64,000 nt of DNA from the human T2T-CHM13v2.0 reference genome, Homo sapiens (GCF_009914755.1 NC_060925.1); one strand, 5' to 3'; positions 1-18,466 are shown, counted from the first letter of the stretch. The notes: a model not told the origin generated them from the letters alone. Numbers and translations are program-made.

Positions 1-189
1 GATATCTTCTCATTTATAGCACTCTTTAAAACCAAGAATCTGGATAGACTAAGCTGGGAACCAGAACTTTGGATTGTTAAATCACAAGGTATTAAGCCAA
101 GATTTAGAAAATTTAACTAGGCATATTCAATCACATTACTCTGTCATTTGTTAACATTAATTTTAGTAAGATTAAAAAGGGATTTTAAG

Positions 190-490
190 GGGGGGAGCAG
201 TGGCTGAAGACTCTAATCCCAGCACTTGGGAGACCAAGGCGGGTGGATCACTTGAGGTCGGGAGTTCAAGACCAGCCTGGCTAACATAGTGAAGCCTCAT
301 CTCTACTAAAAATACAAAAAGTAGCCAGGTGTGGTGGTGGCATGCACCTATAGTCCCAGTTAGTTGGGAAGCTAAGGCAGGAGAATCGCTTGAACTCAGG
401 AGGCAGAGGTTGTAGTGAGCTGAGATCATGCCACTACTCTCTGCCTGGGTGACAAAGTGAGATTGTCTCAAAAATAAAAATAAATAAAAA
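190..490 (+). mobile_element. AluS-type SINE
   Basis: Dimeric Alu with middle A-rich linker ctctactaaaaatacaaaa and 3' A tail. Confidence 0.95.
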
Positions 491-1198
491 GATATTTTAA
501 ACAATTATTAAACAAAAAGAATATTATTTTAAAACGTGATTTATTTACTATTTACATATTCCCTTTTCAGGAATATGGATGCCTTATAATACATATAATG
601 TATCAGTATATTAGTACTTATGTGTAAATTATAAATAAATAAGCGTATGCTGAGGGAGTGTGTTCAATTTTTAACTGATTGTGGTATGTGACCAAGATGT
701 CTGAAAAACACCTAAAGATTATGTTTTGCAAATGACCTTTTCACCATTAATACCTGGCTAGCAGACTTTTAAAAATTATTTCATTTCCTGATTTTCAGAG
801 TAATAGGTTTGTGTTCTATCTACCTCTAAAGGTGACTTTTATTATATATATATATAATGAGATTTTATTTGCTTTCTCCCTCTTTCTATGTGCATGTATC
901 CATACAAACATACACATGTATACACATATGCATATAATCTTTTTTAACCATTGAGAATGAGTAGCAGATTGTTTTCCTTTATTCCTAAATATTTCCGTGT
1001 ATATTTCCTAAGAACAAGGACATAGCCATAGTACAGTTATCAAATCGGAGAAGTTAATGTTGATTTTGACAGCAGAATTTAAAGATCTTGACTTAATCTG
1101 ATCAGATAATAAACTTAAAACTGAAGAAAAAACTAAGAATAAGTCCAATGTATTTACCTGAATTGTCTCATCTGTGATATAGAAACTAACACCCACTG

Positions 1199-1595
<397 letters not shown>

Positions 1596-1717
1596 TTAAA
1601 TATTGTCATAATCATTTTCTATAAATTTTATCGTTGATGTGTAAGAAGGTGGTTGCTCTTAAATATAATTATTTTAAGCATTGTTTTAAAGTGTTAGGCT
1701 ATTTTAATTTTAAAAAC

Positions 1718-1781
1718 ATACATATATGTGTGTGTACACATATATGTGTGTGTGTGTGCATATATATGTATATATATGTAT
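1718..1781. repeat. (TA)n/(TG)n compound microsatellite
   Basis: Alternating tatatgtgtgtg runs. Confidence 0.85.
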
Positions 1782-2984
1782 CTCCACTAATTAAATTTAC
1801 TACTGCACCAAGAATAAAAGTCTTAACGTATGCATAATATAAATCTACAATTATGACTAGGAGCCCAGCAACAAAATACCATGCAAGGCAAAAGGTAGAA
1901 CGATGAGGATGAAGCATTGCCATTGTGAGTGTGTGGACAGACAGCTGTTCCTGCCTTACCGTGTTAACCAAAAGAGACTGTACCTGGTTCACAGCTAGTG
2001 CAATTTACTGTTAATTACCAATGCCTTGCAGATTAGCAGAAGTTAGGTGAGACGGGGTGGAAAACAGCCATGTCAACTTAATGGCACTCTTATCAAGAGT
2101 CCCCAAGAAACCAGAAACTCAGAAGAAAACAGGAGCGGAAATGGAGAGTAACTAGAGAAGTTTGTTTTGAACTTGATTCTCAGGTGGTAGGAGCATCAAG
2201 GAAGCATTCTGGAGTGTGTTCACTTGGTCTCTCTTTCTCTCAGATGTGCCATAAATGCCACTGATCTCTCTGGAGAAGACAAAGGGCTTGAGGAAAAACT
2301 TATTGCTGCCTTTAGCAGAGAGGACAAAAGGATTCCAGGAAAAATAACCTAGAATGTAGTAAAAGTCGGGGGAAGTTTTTACAAAGGCAGGGTAACATCT
2401 TAACAATTGTATGGCTTAGAGTCAAAAGTAAAGGAAGAAGCTTTTCAGCCTTGGAGCTGGCTCCCCCAGCCCTGATGACCCTCCTGCTTAGGATGAATCC
2501 AGATCTTCTGAGGAAAAAGCACCAGCACTGCCCTCAAGAATAATCAAGAGAATATCCAGGTATTGACAGGTGTAAGAAATCCTGACCTGGACATCAGGCA
2601 GAGCAATGACTGGAAAATGGTTCCCTCCTTCCTGAATCGGATGAAGGAACCCACCCAAATCTCCCAAGGCAGATCAGGGTTTCTCATTTCTGCTTCCACT
2701 TGAGGTTTGTAATTTTGGAACAGATGAGAGGAGAGAAGAAATGAGCAGCTGGCTACATAGATGGTATCCAAAAACAGGATTTGGTCTTCTAAACAGGGCT
2801 GATGATATTAGAATGATAGGCTTCTGGCAAGAAGAAGAAGGCGTCTCTCAAAAACCAGGATAAACATGTTTGGCAAGAAGCTGTATGATCTGATGAAGAG
2901 GACTTCAAAATGAAATTTAGGGCAAGGGGCAGGGAAATGTGCTTATATAATGCTCTGAAGATACTGCCATTCACATTCAGGTCT

Positions 2985-3304
2985 GCTCTCTGCCATTCTC
3001 CCCCTGCTCCGTGCCTGGGAAGTTCACAGTACAGACTGCGTCATGGGGCTCCCATCCCTTTTCTTTGGCTTGTACCAATGAGAGCCACCATGGAGAAACT
3101 CTGGGTTCAAGTAACCACACCTTCCTCTTTCCCCTTCAGACCAAGGAGTTGTAACAACTCTGTGTGGTTGCCACTAAAGCTGCTACATTATCCAGCCTCA
3201 GTTTCCCCTAATCATCTCTACACTTTGTAAGTAAGATCTTTAAAAACTGCTTCTCAAATTGCCCTTACGTATACCAGCTGTTTCTTCCATGACTCTAACA
3301 TACA
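2985..3304 (+). mobile_element. LTR33-like ERVL solo LTR (3' part)
   Basis: ccccttcagacc...cactttgtaagtaag...cagctgtttcttccatgactctaacataca resembles the recalled LTR33 3' end. Confidence 0.6.
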
Positions 3305-3922
3305 GTTATCTATATGGAGGATGGTGAGTGCAAGGGAAAAGAAGGAAGTGTTTGGGAGGAAGTTTCTGGTGATTTTCTATAACAAGGTGAAAAGGAAACA
3401 AGACAGGAGTTGTGCCAGTTGTTGGCAGGAGCACTGATATCTGTGGCTACAGAAGACTGCACGGCCATGAATGTATTTGGATGATGAAATGAAGCAGAAC
3501 TTTTAATTCAGCTTGTTAAATACAACCCAAGCAGTGAAGCTTGTCACTGCAGGGCAGGAGTTCAAAAGAAACTGATGAATCCTAGGGTTTTGGAATAGCA
3601 CCGGCTGTCAGAAAGGTGCACACCTATCTTAGTATCCATTTGACTGAGGATGGACTCAGCTAATGAATGAGGAGGGAGAAGGGAGGCGTGAAAGTATGGG
3701 ACTGTCTATACTAGCGCTTCTCAACTAGGGGCAGTTGTACCCCTCATGAAACATGTGGCAATGTCTGGAGATGTTTTTGGTTATCATTGTTACCAGAAAG
3801 GGGTCCTGATCCAGACCCCAAGAGAGGGTTATTGGACCTTGCACAAGAAAGAATTCAGGGCGAGTCCACAGAGTGAAGTGAAAGCAAGGTTTATTAAGAA
3901 AGTAAAGGAATAAAAGAATGGC

Positions 3923-4220
<298 letters not shown>

Positions 4221-4341
4221 CTACTCTGTAGGCAGAGCAGCAGCATGGGCTGCTCAACTGAGTATACTTACAGTTTCTTCTTTATTGTATGCTAAGCAAG
4301 GGGTGGATTATTCATGAGTTTTTCAGGAAAGTGGTGGGCAA

Positions 4342-4350
4342 TTCCCAGAA
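4342..4350. promoter_or_regulatory. GAS/STAT motif TTCCCAGAA in MER41
   Basis: Exact TTCN3GAA; degenerate partner TTTCAGGAA at 4321-4329. Confidence 0.55.
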
Positions 4351-4904
4351 CTGGGGGTTCCTCCCCTTTTTAGACCATATAGGGTAACTCTGGATGTTGC
4401 CATGATGTTTGTAAACTGTCATGGTGCTGATGAAAGTGTCTTTTCACATGCTAATGTATTAGAATTAGCATATAATGAGCAATGAGAATGACCAGCAGTC
4501 ACTTTCTTTGGGATCTTGGTTTTGGTGAGCTTTTGCCAGCTTCTTTCTTGCTGTTTTATCAGCAAGGTCCTTATGACCTGTATTTTGTGCCAACCTCCTA
4601 TCTCATGCTGTGACTAAGAATGCCTAACCTACTGGGAATGCACCCCAGCAGGTCTCAGCCTTATTTCACCCAGCCCCTATTCAAGATGGAGTCGCTCTGG
4701 CTCAAGCACCTCTGACATCATGACTGGTTGGAGATGAAGATGCTTCTGGCATCTAGTGGGTTGACGCTAGGAAGGCTGATAAACGTCCTAAAATGCAGAA
4801 GACAGCCCCAAAGAAACTTTCAGCCCCAAATGTCAATAGTGTGGAAGTTGAGAAGCCCTGATCTACGGCCTGGCCAGCCAAGTGGAAGCTGTGGACCATG
4901 TGTC

Positions 4905-5010
4905 TATTATAATGGTTAAGAATGCAGTCTCCGGAATTAGCTAGACCTGAGTTTGAATTCCAGCTAGTGATGTTGGGCAAGTAATCTAACCTCTCTAGGC
5001 TTCAGTTTCG
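4905..5010 (+). mobile_element. MIR fragment
   Basis: atggttaagaatgcag...ttgggcaagtaatctaacctctctaggcttcagtttc (MIR core). Confidence 0.75.
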
Positions 5011-5359
5011 TCTTCTTTTCAGCTTTCAAGCAAGATCTATTGAACACCCCCTTATGCCACGTCACACTATGTGGTCAGCAAGTACAAATGATCACAGTAA
5101 CATTTAAGTTAGCTAGAACTCCCAGGAAACAGGACATTCTGAGTCATGGACATTTCCGGTTGAAAACTAGTGTTCATTCCTGTCTCATAATATATGTAGA
5201 AACAATTTTCTTGCTCCTATTCTGTTATTGTTACATATTATGGCTTTTATAAAATTTACTGGATCGTGGGAAACAATTTTCATGTTCCCAGTAGCTGAGG
5301 CAGCCACTATATACCATTCAACAGCCAGAGCCTTTTTGTGAGAGTGATTTCTTTGTGTT

Positions 5360-5635
5360 TTTTAATTTATTATTTTAAAATTAATATTATTTTAATAGAA
5401 AGATAATTGTATATGTTTATGGGGTATAATGTGATGTTTTGATATACAATGTGGGATGATTAAATCAATCTAATTAACATATCTATTACCTGACATTATT
5501 TTTCATGGTGAGACATTTGAAATTTATTCTCTTAGCAAGTTTGAAATAAACAATATATTGTTAGCTGTAGTCACCCTGCTCTGCAATAGATCTCACAGAC
5601 TTATGGTCTCTGACGTTAACCAGCATCCCCCTATT
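5360..5635 (-). mobile_element. L1MA 3' end fragment
   Basis: ataattgtatatgtttatggggtataatgtgatg...tagtcaccctgctctgcaatagatctc. Confidence 0.8.
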
Positions 5636-5639
5636 TCCT

Positions 5640-5780
5640 CCCAGCTTCAGTTTCTTATCTTTAAAATGGGGAAAATAACGAGACCCACCTCACAGAGCTG
5701 TGGAGCTTATATACATATAAATTGTTTAGCACAGTGCTTGGCACATAGTTAAGTTCTCAAGAAATGGTTACTCCTATTAT
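5640..5780 (+). mobile_element. MIR 3' part
   Basis: cagtttcttatctttaaaatgggg...ttagcacagtgcttggcacatag. Confidence 0.8.
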
Positions 5781-5921
5781 GGTAATTGTTACCTTCCCAG
5801 TACAGATTATAATTCCATTAAAACTAATTTATGAGGCAAGAGGAAAGTTTCCGTGGAGCTGATAGGTTTTGTAATTAGGTAGTTAGATGTGTGTGTTCAC
5901 TTCATAGAAATTCACTGAGAT

Positions 5922-6229
5922 TGCAGGATGCAGTGGCTCGTGCCTGTAACTCCAGCACTCTGGGAGGTCAAGATGGGTGAATCGCTTGAGGCCAGGAGTT
6001 GGAGATGAGCCTGGGCAACATGGTGAAACCCATCTCTACAAAAAATATACAAAAATTTGACAGGCAAGGTGGAGCGCACCTGTAGTCTCAGCTACTCAGG
6101 AGGTTGAGGTGGGAGGATCACTTGAGCTCGGGAGGTTGAAGCTGAAGTGAGTCAAGATGGCATCACTGCACTCCAGCCTGGATGACAGTGAGACCTTGTT
6201 GCAAAAATAAATAAATAAATAAATAAATA
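5922..6229 (+). mobile_element. AluJ
   Basis: J-type gcttgaggccaggag, gggcaacatgg, ggaggatcacttgagc; (AAAT)n tail. Confidence 0.9.
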
Positions 6230-6344
6230 GATTGAGCTCTAGCTCTACACTTATGATTTCGGACCTTTTCTGTACATATATTATAACTTTTTAAAAGCTT
6301 ACTTAAAATGATTAATAGGAGTCTCATTCTGCCTGCCTTCAAAA

Positions 6345-7420
6345 AGCCCCATGATATTTAATAAATTCTTGACTTTCCTTGCCAGTGATTCAATCTCTCA
6401 GAAGTTGAAAGATGCAATGAAGGACAGTTACTCTCCACTGACCAGTTTGCTCTCCACTGACCAAAACTGAGGAACTGGGAAGAAAGATGAGAAATTGACA
6501 GCAATGTCATATACAAGGGACCATCATATTATAGTATAGGAAGAAAATGTTTGTTGAAGTGCCAACATCTAATTTAGGTTTTAAGAAAATAGAATTCAAA
6601 AAAGTTTGGAGAAAAAATAGCTGTGACCATGTAGTCTGATTTCAAAAAGACCGAGTGACTTAAGAGGAATGGCAGGTTCTAAACAGAAATTCTAACTCTT
6701 TAGTCATAAATTATCGTGATAAGAGAGAAAAATGGGAAACAGTGTGTCCATAGAGGGAGCTCCCAGATGATCTCAGGTATTTAAAGGATCTGCGTAGGTG
6801 AATGAAGAACACTGAGCTGAGGGCTAACACAGAATGACACAAGTAGGTATTATTCCTGCATGGTAAAGGTCAGAACTAGGCAAGGTTTGTGAAGCATGCC
6901 AACGACAATTGAAAAAGCTTTTTAGCTATGCTTGGTGCTGGAAAGACAAGGAAGCATATGGCCATTTGTCAATTTAGTGTTAACAGCAGCACAAAGAAGG
7001 CAGAACAATTCATTTCATAATTTTTTTTAATTTTCTCTATCAAGGAAAATGATCTTCTAATGATAATGGATACCATCATATTGGCTAGGAAAGAATTTGA
7101 GCACTAACTAGTTGAATAAATACTAAGAGCCCCCTCCTTGTTTTTCATGGGCTCAAATCTGCTGCTGGATGAAAAATGTGCAGATGTGATTGGGAAACCC
7201 TTACCTCAACCTTGGGTGAAAGGGCACAAGAACCTGCCTGAAAGCTGAGAGAAGGACCAGTGTGCTTATTTTTAACGTGGGGAAATACATATTTCAGAAT
7301 CTGCCACCCTGTGAGCTTGATGCTGATACCCGGGAAAATTCTGGGTTGATTTAATTAAATTAGGTAGTTTATGAATACTTGATGGAATAAAGGAGTGAAA
7401 AGCCCTGCACTCAGCCTGAT
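6345..7420 (+). mobile_element. L3/CR1 LINE ORF2 fossil (endonuclease to linker region)
   Basis: aataaattcttgactttccttgcc...atctctcagaag, ttaggttttaagaaaatagaattcaaaaaagtt and ttctctatcaaggaaaatgatctt resemble the recalled L3 consensus. Confidence 0.6.
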
Positions 7421-7634
7421 TTTCCAGGGAAAAATGTTATACTAATAATATACTGAGCACCACCTGCCAGCGTGTCTCCAAGCACTCCATTTCTTCAGGC
7501 CTCAAAGAATCCTGTGAGGCAGGCCCTGAGACAGTCAAATCCTAGGCAGATAAAAAGGAGTCCCAGAGAATCTCTGACCGGCTTCAAAAGTGTTTACATC
7601 AGATGCTTTTGTGCAGATGAGGGCTAGATGCCCA

Positions 7635-7654
7635 GGGCTTGTCTGTGCATGCAC
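7635..7654. promoter_or_regulatory. p53 response element GGGCTTGTCT-GTGCATGCAC
   Basis: Two adjacent RRRCWWGYYY half-sites with no spacer; first perfect, second has 2 flank mismatches and an intact CATG core. Confidence 0.55.
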
Positions 7655-7820
7655 ACAGCTGACTAGACCCTGGCGTGTGCACTGGGGGAAGTGGGTGGAG
7701 CCACAGGAAATTCACACATTATGCATGGGAAGAGCCTGCTCTCTTCAGCTCCTGCGGTGACCTGGGAATCAATCAGTGAGGTAGAGGGCCTGTTAGCAGG
7801 GGTCCATCACACATTGCTGA

Positions 7821-8133
<313 letters not shown>

Positions 8134-8589
8134 TCTTTTTCATTTTTCACCTTTCACCCAATACAATCCTGCTCTACACACCCTTTGATGTGTCCACGTG
8201 CCTAAATTTTCCTGGTTGTGTGACAAGAAGCCAGGTTTTAGCTGAACTAAGGAGTAAAATTCAGCAACAGTACTACCATTATCTCTATTTCCAGATGAGA
8301 AAACAGAGGCACAGGGGAGTCAATGAACTTGCCAGAGGTCACACAGCCAGTGTAACAGAGCCAGAGCTCAACAGGCAGGCTGGCTCTGGAGCTTTTGCTC
8401 TTCCCCTTGACTCTGAGAGGCTTTCAGCAAAGCAATGGATAATGAGCATCAACATGCCTTTCACGACAACAGGAGGAAATGCAGTCTGCACAGGCTGCAG
8501 TGAGGCACAGTAGCACTCGTTTAAGCAGTCGCAGGAAGAGAAGTTCAAGTGAAGCCTCCCTGCCATTTTGGAAGTCCTGGAACAATACC

Positions 8590-8671
8590 TTAGGCTGCAG
8601 CATTAAATACTGGTGATATGTGAGCACTTTTGACCTATAAAAATGGTAGTTTTACGTGTTCCAGCCTAATA
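8590..8671. mobile_element. MADE2-like mariner MITE
   Basis: About 80 bp, ttaggctg...tttttgacctataaaaatggtagttttacgtgttccagcctaata, with inverted ends ttaggctg/cagcctaa. Confidence 0.6.
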
Positions 8672-8699
8672 CTTTATCCTCTCTTGCCTAATACTTTTT

Positions 8700-9220
8700 C
8701 ATATTCTTTTACCTGGACGTGTGTAGTGCTTGTTGGACCATTTTCAGATGTCACATAGCTGGGATTGATACCTAGTGAGATAATTGCAATACAGAAAGGT
8801 CATTACAGTTTGGAGAGCGGGGATGAAACTATCACAAAATGAATTTTAACAGAAATAAATGTGAAGCTCTGAATTCAGTTTTAAACATTTAGTCTCCACA
8901 AGGATAGGGTGAGAGAGACCTGATTAACCAAAGTTCCTGTGAAAGCACAGGATTTTTGGTCTCCACCAGCTTTCTTGAGTCCCCAGGTGCTGAGGTAATT
9001 GGGGAGGTCAAGGAATACGGGGCTGGATAAAACAACCTCACGTTGATCATTTAACTCTGTCTAGGGGACCAAAGTGCCAGGGTTGGGGGCAGTCCTCTGA
9101 CATGCACAAGGTGTTAAAAGAAGGGTGTTTATTGTACACCGAGCAGTGGAGAATTTGGAATTTTTAGCCTGAAGAGGCTTGGGGAAAACTGATAGCAGCC
9201 TTCAAGTATTTAAAGGGATA
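8700..9220 (+). mobile_element. L3/CR1 fragments (RT C-terminus to 3' part)
   Basis: aaatgaattttaacagaaataaatgtgaagctctg; tttagcctgaagaggcttgggg...cagccttcaagtatttaaaggg. Confidence 0.6.
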
Positions 9221-9221
9221 C

Positions 9222-9410
9222 TATTCATAAATCAAGAAACATTTACTGAGTACCTGCCACATGAAAGGAGGAGCACTGTGTGCTGTGAGAGACTGAAAAA
9301 TGAGAAAGAATGCTATCTGACCTCAAGAAGTTTATTAATAGAGAGGGGTTGTCTGACCCAGAGACAACTAATACAGGGGGTAAATCAACAGTTGCTATAA
9401 TAGAGACACA
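9222..9410 (-). mobile_element. L2 3' end
   Basis: attcataaatcaagaaacatttactgagtacctgc...tgacctcaagaagttta. Confidence 0.7.
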
Positions 9411-9734
9411 AATAAATCATAATCATTAAGTGTTCTTTCCTTTCTTAACAGATATTTGTAGTACAAAGAACTTCAAATATCTGAAAGAAGTAGAGAGAGG
9501 TATAAGAGGTGTTAGGATACTTAAGGAGAAACAGGCTTCTCTGACCTACAGGGAAATTGTTGCCTGTTTAGTCCAGTCTATTTTCCATTAAACATTCTGT
9601 CTTGCTCAGCTTCACGAATAAAAACAGGGAAATAAAGCAACTTTCTTTTAATTGTATTTACTACAAGACTTATTTGATGGTAATTTCCTTCAGTACAATT
9701 ATTTATGGATTTACTTATATTCTGCTTTTCAGCT

Positions 9735-9868
9735 TCTTTTACTTTTATTTTTTGAGATGGGGTCCCGTTATGTTGCCCAGGCTGGTCTCGAACTCCTGGG
9801 CTCAGCAATCCTCCCACCTAGGCCTCCCAAAGTGCTGGGATTACAGGCATGAGCCACTGCGCCTGACC
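9735..9868 (-). mobile_element. FLAM_C monomer
   Basis: Single left monomer with gaactcctgggctcagcaatcctccc. Confidence 0.85.
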
Positions 9869-9889
9869 TCAGCCTCTTTTTTTCGGCCT

Positions 9890-9962
9890 GCATACACATG
9901 CACTTACATGCACACACACACACATATGCACACACACACACAGACACACACACACACACACA
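9890..9962. repeat. (CA)n microsatellite, interrupted
   Basis: cacacaca runs. Confidence 0.9.
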
Positions 9963-10428
9963 AGCACAGTGATTCCAACAAGGAGATCTAGTTTTTACTT
10001 AAACAAAGGAAGGAGTCACCTCTATAGTGTGATTTGAGGGTTGAGGTACCAAGGAAAGCAGCTACCCCTATCCCAATCTTATAAAACCACTTCTTTTGTC
10101 ATAGGATCCAACGCTACCATTCATGAATCATCCCTTGAGTGCCCCCTCCTGGCTCCCCAGAGAGTCCTGGGGGGAGTTCCTCTTTGAAGTCTTCACAACC
10201 AATTTAAGTTGTGAGCTGCCAGTCTTCTTTGTGACAGCCAAGTGTACCATGAGAGTACCACAGGAGTGTATGGTGGGGGTTGTATTTCAGGAAATAGAAA
10301 GGATGAAATATTAGGATCAACTAAGCAGATTTCACCAACCTTACATTTTTTTCCCTGCAGTTAACTCATCATTATCTTCATTCATGTTCTCAAGACAATC
10401 CTTAATAAAGTATTAAACAATCATTTGG

Positions 10429-10931
<503 letters not shown>

Positions 10932-12010
10932 CTAGTCTGATTGCTTATGATAAAGTTCTAGCACTGGTCCACCAATGAATCACAATGAAAATTTCCAGTA
11001 ATTTTGAATTTGCCAGGCTATTGCCTACTGATTTTATAACATCTGTTAACATGTTCAGGTACTGGGGCATGATGAGTGTCTATTTATTCATAAGACTGTT
11101 GTGGGGGTGCCTACATGCTTTAGTCAAATCATGTAATAGTTCTATGCCTCACAACTGAAAACCAAATAGTTCCTGTTTTTCTTTTGCATACAGTCTCAAG
11201 TGTTGATGGAGTAGCACTGTGATGTTCATTAAGGTTAGAAGACGCTACTCATGAAAACTCTTGTTTGCTAGGCAGGTGGGATTATGGGTGGGTTTTATTA
11301 TTCTTTCAAAAAAATTTTTTTAATCTTGACATAAAATTCCTTTTAAAATAAACATTTTTAAAAGGTTATGAAAAGGTCTTTCCAGGAAGAAACAGAATAT
11401 TTTGGAGAGTTCCCAGCCATGAGGTCATGGAGACAACAAACAAATGGGTCAAGAAGTGCCAATTGGGCAAACAATTTCAACATATAAAGAGATCACTGCA
11501 TAACTTCTGTGAATAATCAAGCATATCAAAGTTGTTACATCAATAAAACTTACATATAATTAAGTACTGCATTTTTTCATCCAGATGTTCCAGTGGCTAG
11601 CAGATAAAGCCTCAAAAAAAAAAAAAATAGCTCAAGGGGCATTTCAAAGCCATTGTTTATGTCAGCATAACGTACCTGAAAAAAGTGTGAATAGCTCATC
11701 TTGTCCATCAGACTTGGCTTGTCTTTGTCTTGCTTCTGCAGGGCTGTGAGTGACTAGGGTTAATCTGGTAAACTGACCTGTATTAAGGTGATTATTATTA
11801 TATTCAAGTATCTTGGTTTTTTTCGTGATTTAAACAAAATGAATTTGTGAATTTTCGGTCCCTGGAAACTTCATGTAAGTGGAGATTGGCAAAGGTGCAA
11901 CTTGCATTTCACGAATTAGGCAGCCCCTACCTCTAGTTCCCCACAGTCTAAAGATTTCTTATGCATGATTGGTGATGGGGACCCACTGGGACTTTGATGG
12001 CTTTAGAGGC

Positions 12011-12455
12011 TGTTGTAGGCTGAAAAACAGCTCCCCAAAAGATATCCACTTCAAATCCCTGGAACTTGTGAATGCTACCTTACATGGCAAATAAATGTGA
12101 TTAAGTAAAATATCTTGAAAGAAGGCACTTACCTTGGATTATCCAGATGGACCCTAAATACAGTGTAGCATGTGTCCTCATGGGACTGAGGTAAAGGGAG
12201 TTTTGAGAGAGACACACACACACAGAGAAGACAGAGCAGAGAGAGACGTGGCCACAGGCTGAAAGATGTTAACAATCACCAGAAGCTGGGAGAGGCAAGG
12301 AATGGATTCTCCCCTAGAGACTCTGGAAGGAGTGCAGCCCTGCCAACACCTTGATTTTGGACCTCTGGCCTCCAGAGCTGTGAGAGAATACACCCCTGTT
12401 TTTATAAGCCACCCAGTTTTTGATTATTTGTTACAGCAACCACAGGAAACTAATA
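12011..12455 (+). mobile_element. MLT1C-like MaLR solo LTR
   Basis: tgttgtaggctgaaaaacagctccccaaaagatatcc...gccctgccaacaccttgattttggac...cacaggaaactaata. Confidence 0.88.
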
Positions 12456-12530
12456 GTCTAGATTCAAATCCTGGTTCAAACTGTTAACTGCTCATGATCT
12501 TAGTTTGTTGTGAACCACAGTTTCTTCAAA

Positions 12531-12858
12531 CAGTTGTCCCTCAGTATTTGCGGGGGGATAGGTTCCAGGACAACCTGTGGATACTAAAATCTGAGAACGC
12601 TCAAGTCCCTGATATCAAACATGGTAGTATTTGCATGTAACCTACATAAATCCTTCTGTGTACTTTAAATCATCTCTAGATTACTTATAATATCTAATAG
12701 AATGTGAATGCTATGCAAATAGTTGTTATACTAGATTTTAAAATTTGTATTATTTTTTATCGTGATATTGTATTTTTTATATATTTTTCTGAATATTTTC
12801 TTTTTGAGGTTGGTTGAATCCTCGGACATCCATCCCGCAGATACAGAGGGCCAAATGT
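12531..12858. mobile_element. MER2 (Tigger-family MITE)
   Basis: TIRs cagttgtccctcagtat / atacagagggccaaatg; internal tactttaaatcatctctagattacttataat. Confidence 0.88.
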
Positions 12859-14302
12859 ATATAAAATGAAAGTATATGTGTAAGATGTGTACTATGTAGT
12901 GTTTGGCACATAGTAATAGTTCATGACATGTTTTTTGTGAAAAAAAAAAAAAAGTTTCAGTGGTTAAAGCTCACATCATCATGTCCACAAACATAATGTG
13001 GTTCTCAGCTTACACACATGTTTTATAAGCATGTAGAAAAGAAGTGCCTGTGTTGGTGATGGGAGAGGGATGACACATAAAGGGGCAATGGGCCAGTTAG
13101 GAAAGCACGTGACAGAGGCACGACAGGGAATCAGTGGATAAAAGATTGTGTGGGAGGTCAATGCAGGGATCATGGGATTCTTACATGATTATAAAGGAGA
13201 TGGACGAAAGTCCTCAGAATTTAATGGGAAAATTCCCTGGTTTCTTCTTGAAGGACTTAGCTTTTTATATCCACATCCATATTTTAAACCTCATAACTGA
13301 AATCTAAGTACACTCTTCATTTGTAGCTTGTCAGCCGAGGGAAAATTACAGAATGGGTCACAGCAGCGGGAAGATTATGGGTTGCATCTGATAAATGGCT
13401 ATTTATATGTACTGAGCTGGCTCTGGGGTATTCTCAGGGTATAATTTCATAGCAGAGTTAACATCATCTCATAAAATATGACAACAGGTTTTACACTGCC
13501 TATCTGAAATGAAATTGCAGCCTTTTGTAATGAGCAAGTGCAGCCCAGAAGGCAGGATGGATTGAGTTTCCCTGGTACCTGCCATGTCCAGTCTCAGGCC
13601 TTTCCAGTGGAGAGAGGACACATGGGCACATTCCCAATTCTCTGTGGCACCCGCAGTCGGCTTTGGGAAGAGCAGTCTCCCACCTCCACACTCTAGGGAC
13701 GGCTCCCTTCTTTCTAAAGACGCATTTCCTGAAGCACTGGGCGTAAATCACAATCACATCTCCCCCATTGGCTCACATCATCATTTCCAAGATGATTTAC
13801 CTTTACTTCTATTGATCTTCAATTGGCAAGAACTCCATAACTCTCCCTCTCTGCAAGCCCTGACTCAGTGATTAATGATTTATGAAGGAAATCTAAATGC
13901 CCCAGAGGTGGTCCACACTTGAAGGAACTGCCGAAGTAAATATTTTAAGTGAGCCCTTTTTGAAATGAAAATAATTACAGCAGTGTTAATCTCTTTGGTC
14001 ATTTGGGACTTTGCTTCCCCTCGTTGTGGGAGGGAAGGGACTGTTTGTGCGTTGTTTGGACAGCACACCTGTATTTTCCAAGCGAATTTTTCTTGGTGAA
14101 TGAGTTGGTCTGACTCTAAGTGAAAGCAAGACATTCTGTTTTCAGCCCACCTGGCCCCACCTGGGTTTCCACGTAGGAAACTTTTCTTCATGGAGTTCTG
14201 CCCTGGAGTCTGAGCACCTTTGATAGAAAGGAATGTATACTAGGGTATTAAGTTCCATAAATTCGTTATTACTCAGTTATTTTATATCTATCTATTCTCT
14301 TA

Positions 14303-14674
<372 letters not shown>

Positions 14675-15105
14675 TTAATATGCAGGGTGGTCAGCAACTG
14701 CAGGATTAGGAAACTCTGCCCCTGTTGCTCTGGGGCAGGATGGTGTGTCGACCCAGCTGTATCTACTCACAGAGCATCTGCTCAGTGATGTCAAGTTAGT
14801 TCTCAGCACCAACCTTGGGTGAAAGAGATATTTTTAAATGTTCCAATCAAACACCTTTTCTAGAGTCCTCACCTACTTCTTACTCCCATTAGCATCACAA
14901 GTAACATCCTTCTTTTCCCTTGCCAGCAGATATAGAAAGTCTTAGAATAAATCTGTTAGAAAGAGAGGCCATTTGGAAATGAAAATTAGACTCAAGGAAA
15001 TCTTAAAAGTTACATTTTTACATTACAGAGTTTAAATCCCCTTTCAAGCATTAAATCATCTTTTTATTTTTAGAGTTTATGGTACATAATAGGAACACTG
15101 TAAAC

Positions 15106-18090
<2,985 letters not shown>

Positions 18091-18117
18091 AAAGTTCATA
18101 TAAATATTTATGAATGA

Positions 18118-18466
<349 letters not shown>

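Noticed and set aside
6431-6463. 14-bp direct repeat ctctccactgacca
   Set aside because: Small slippage duplication in an L3 fossil with no poly(A) or element between the copies.
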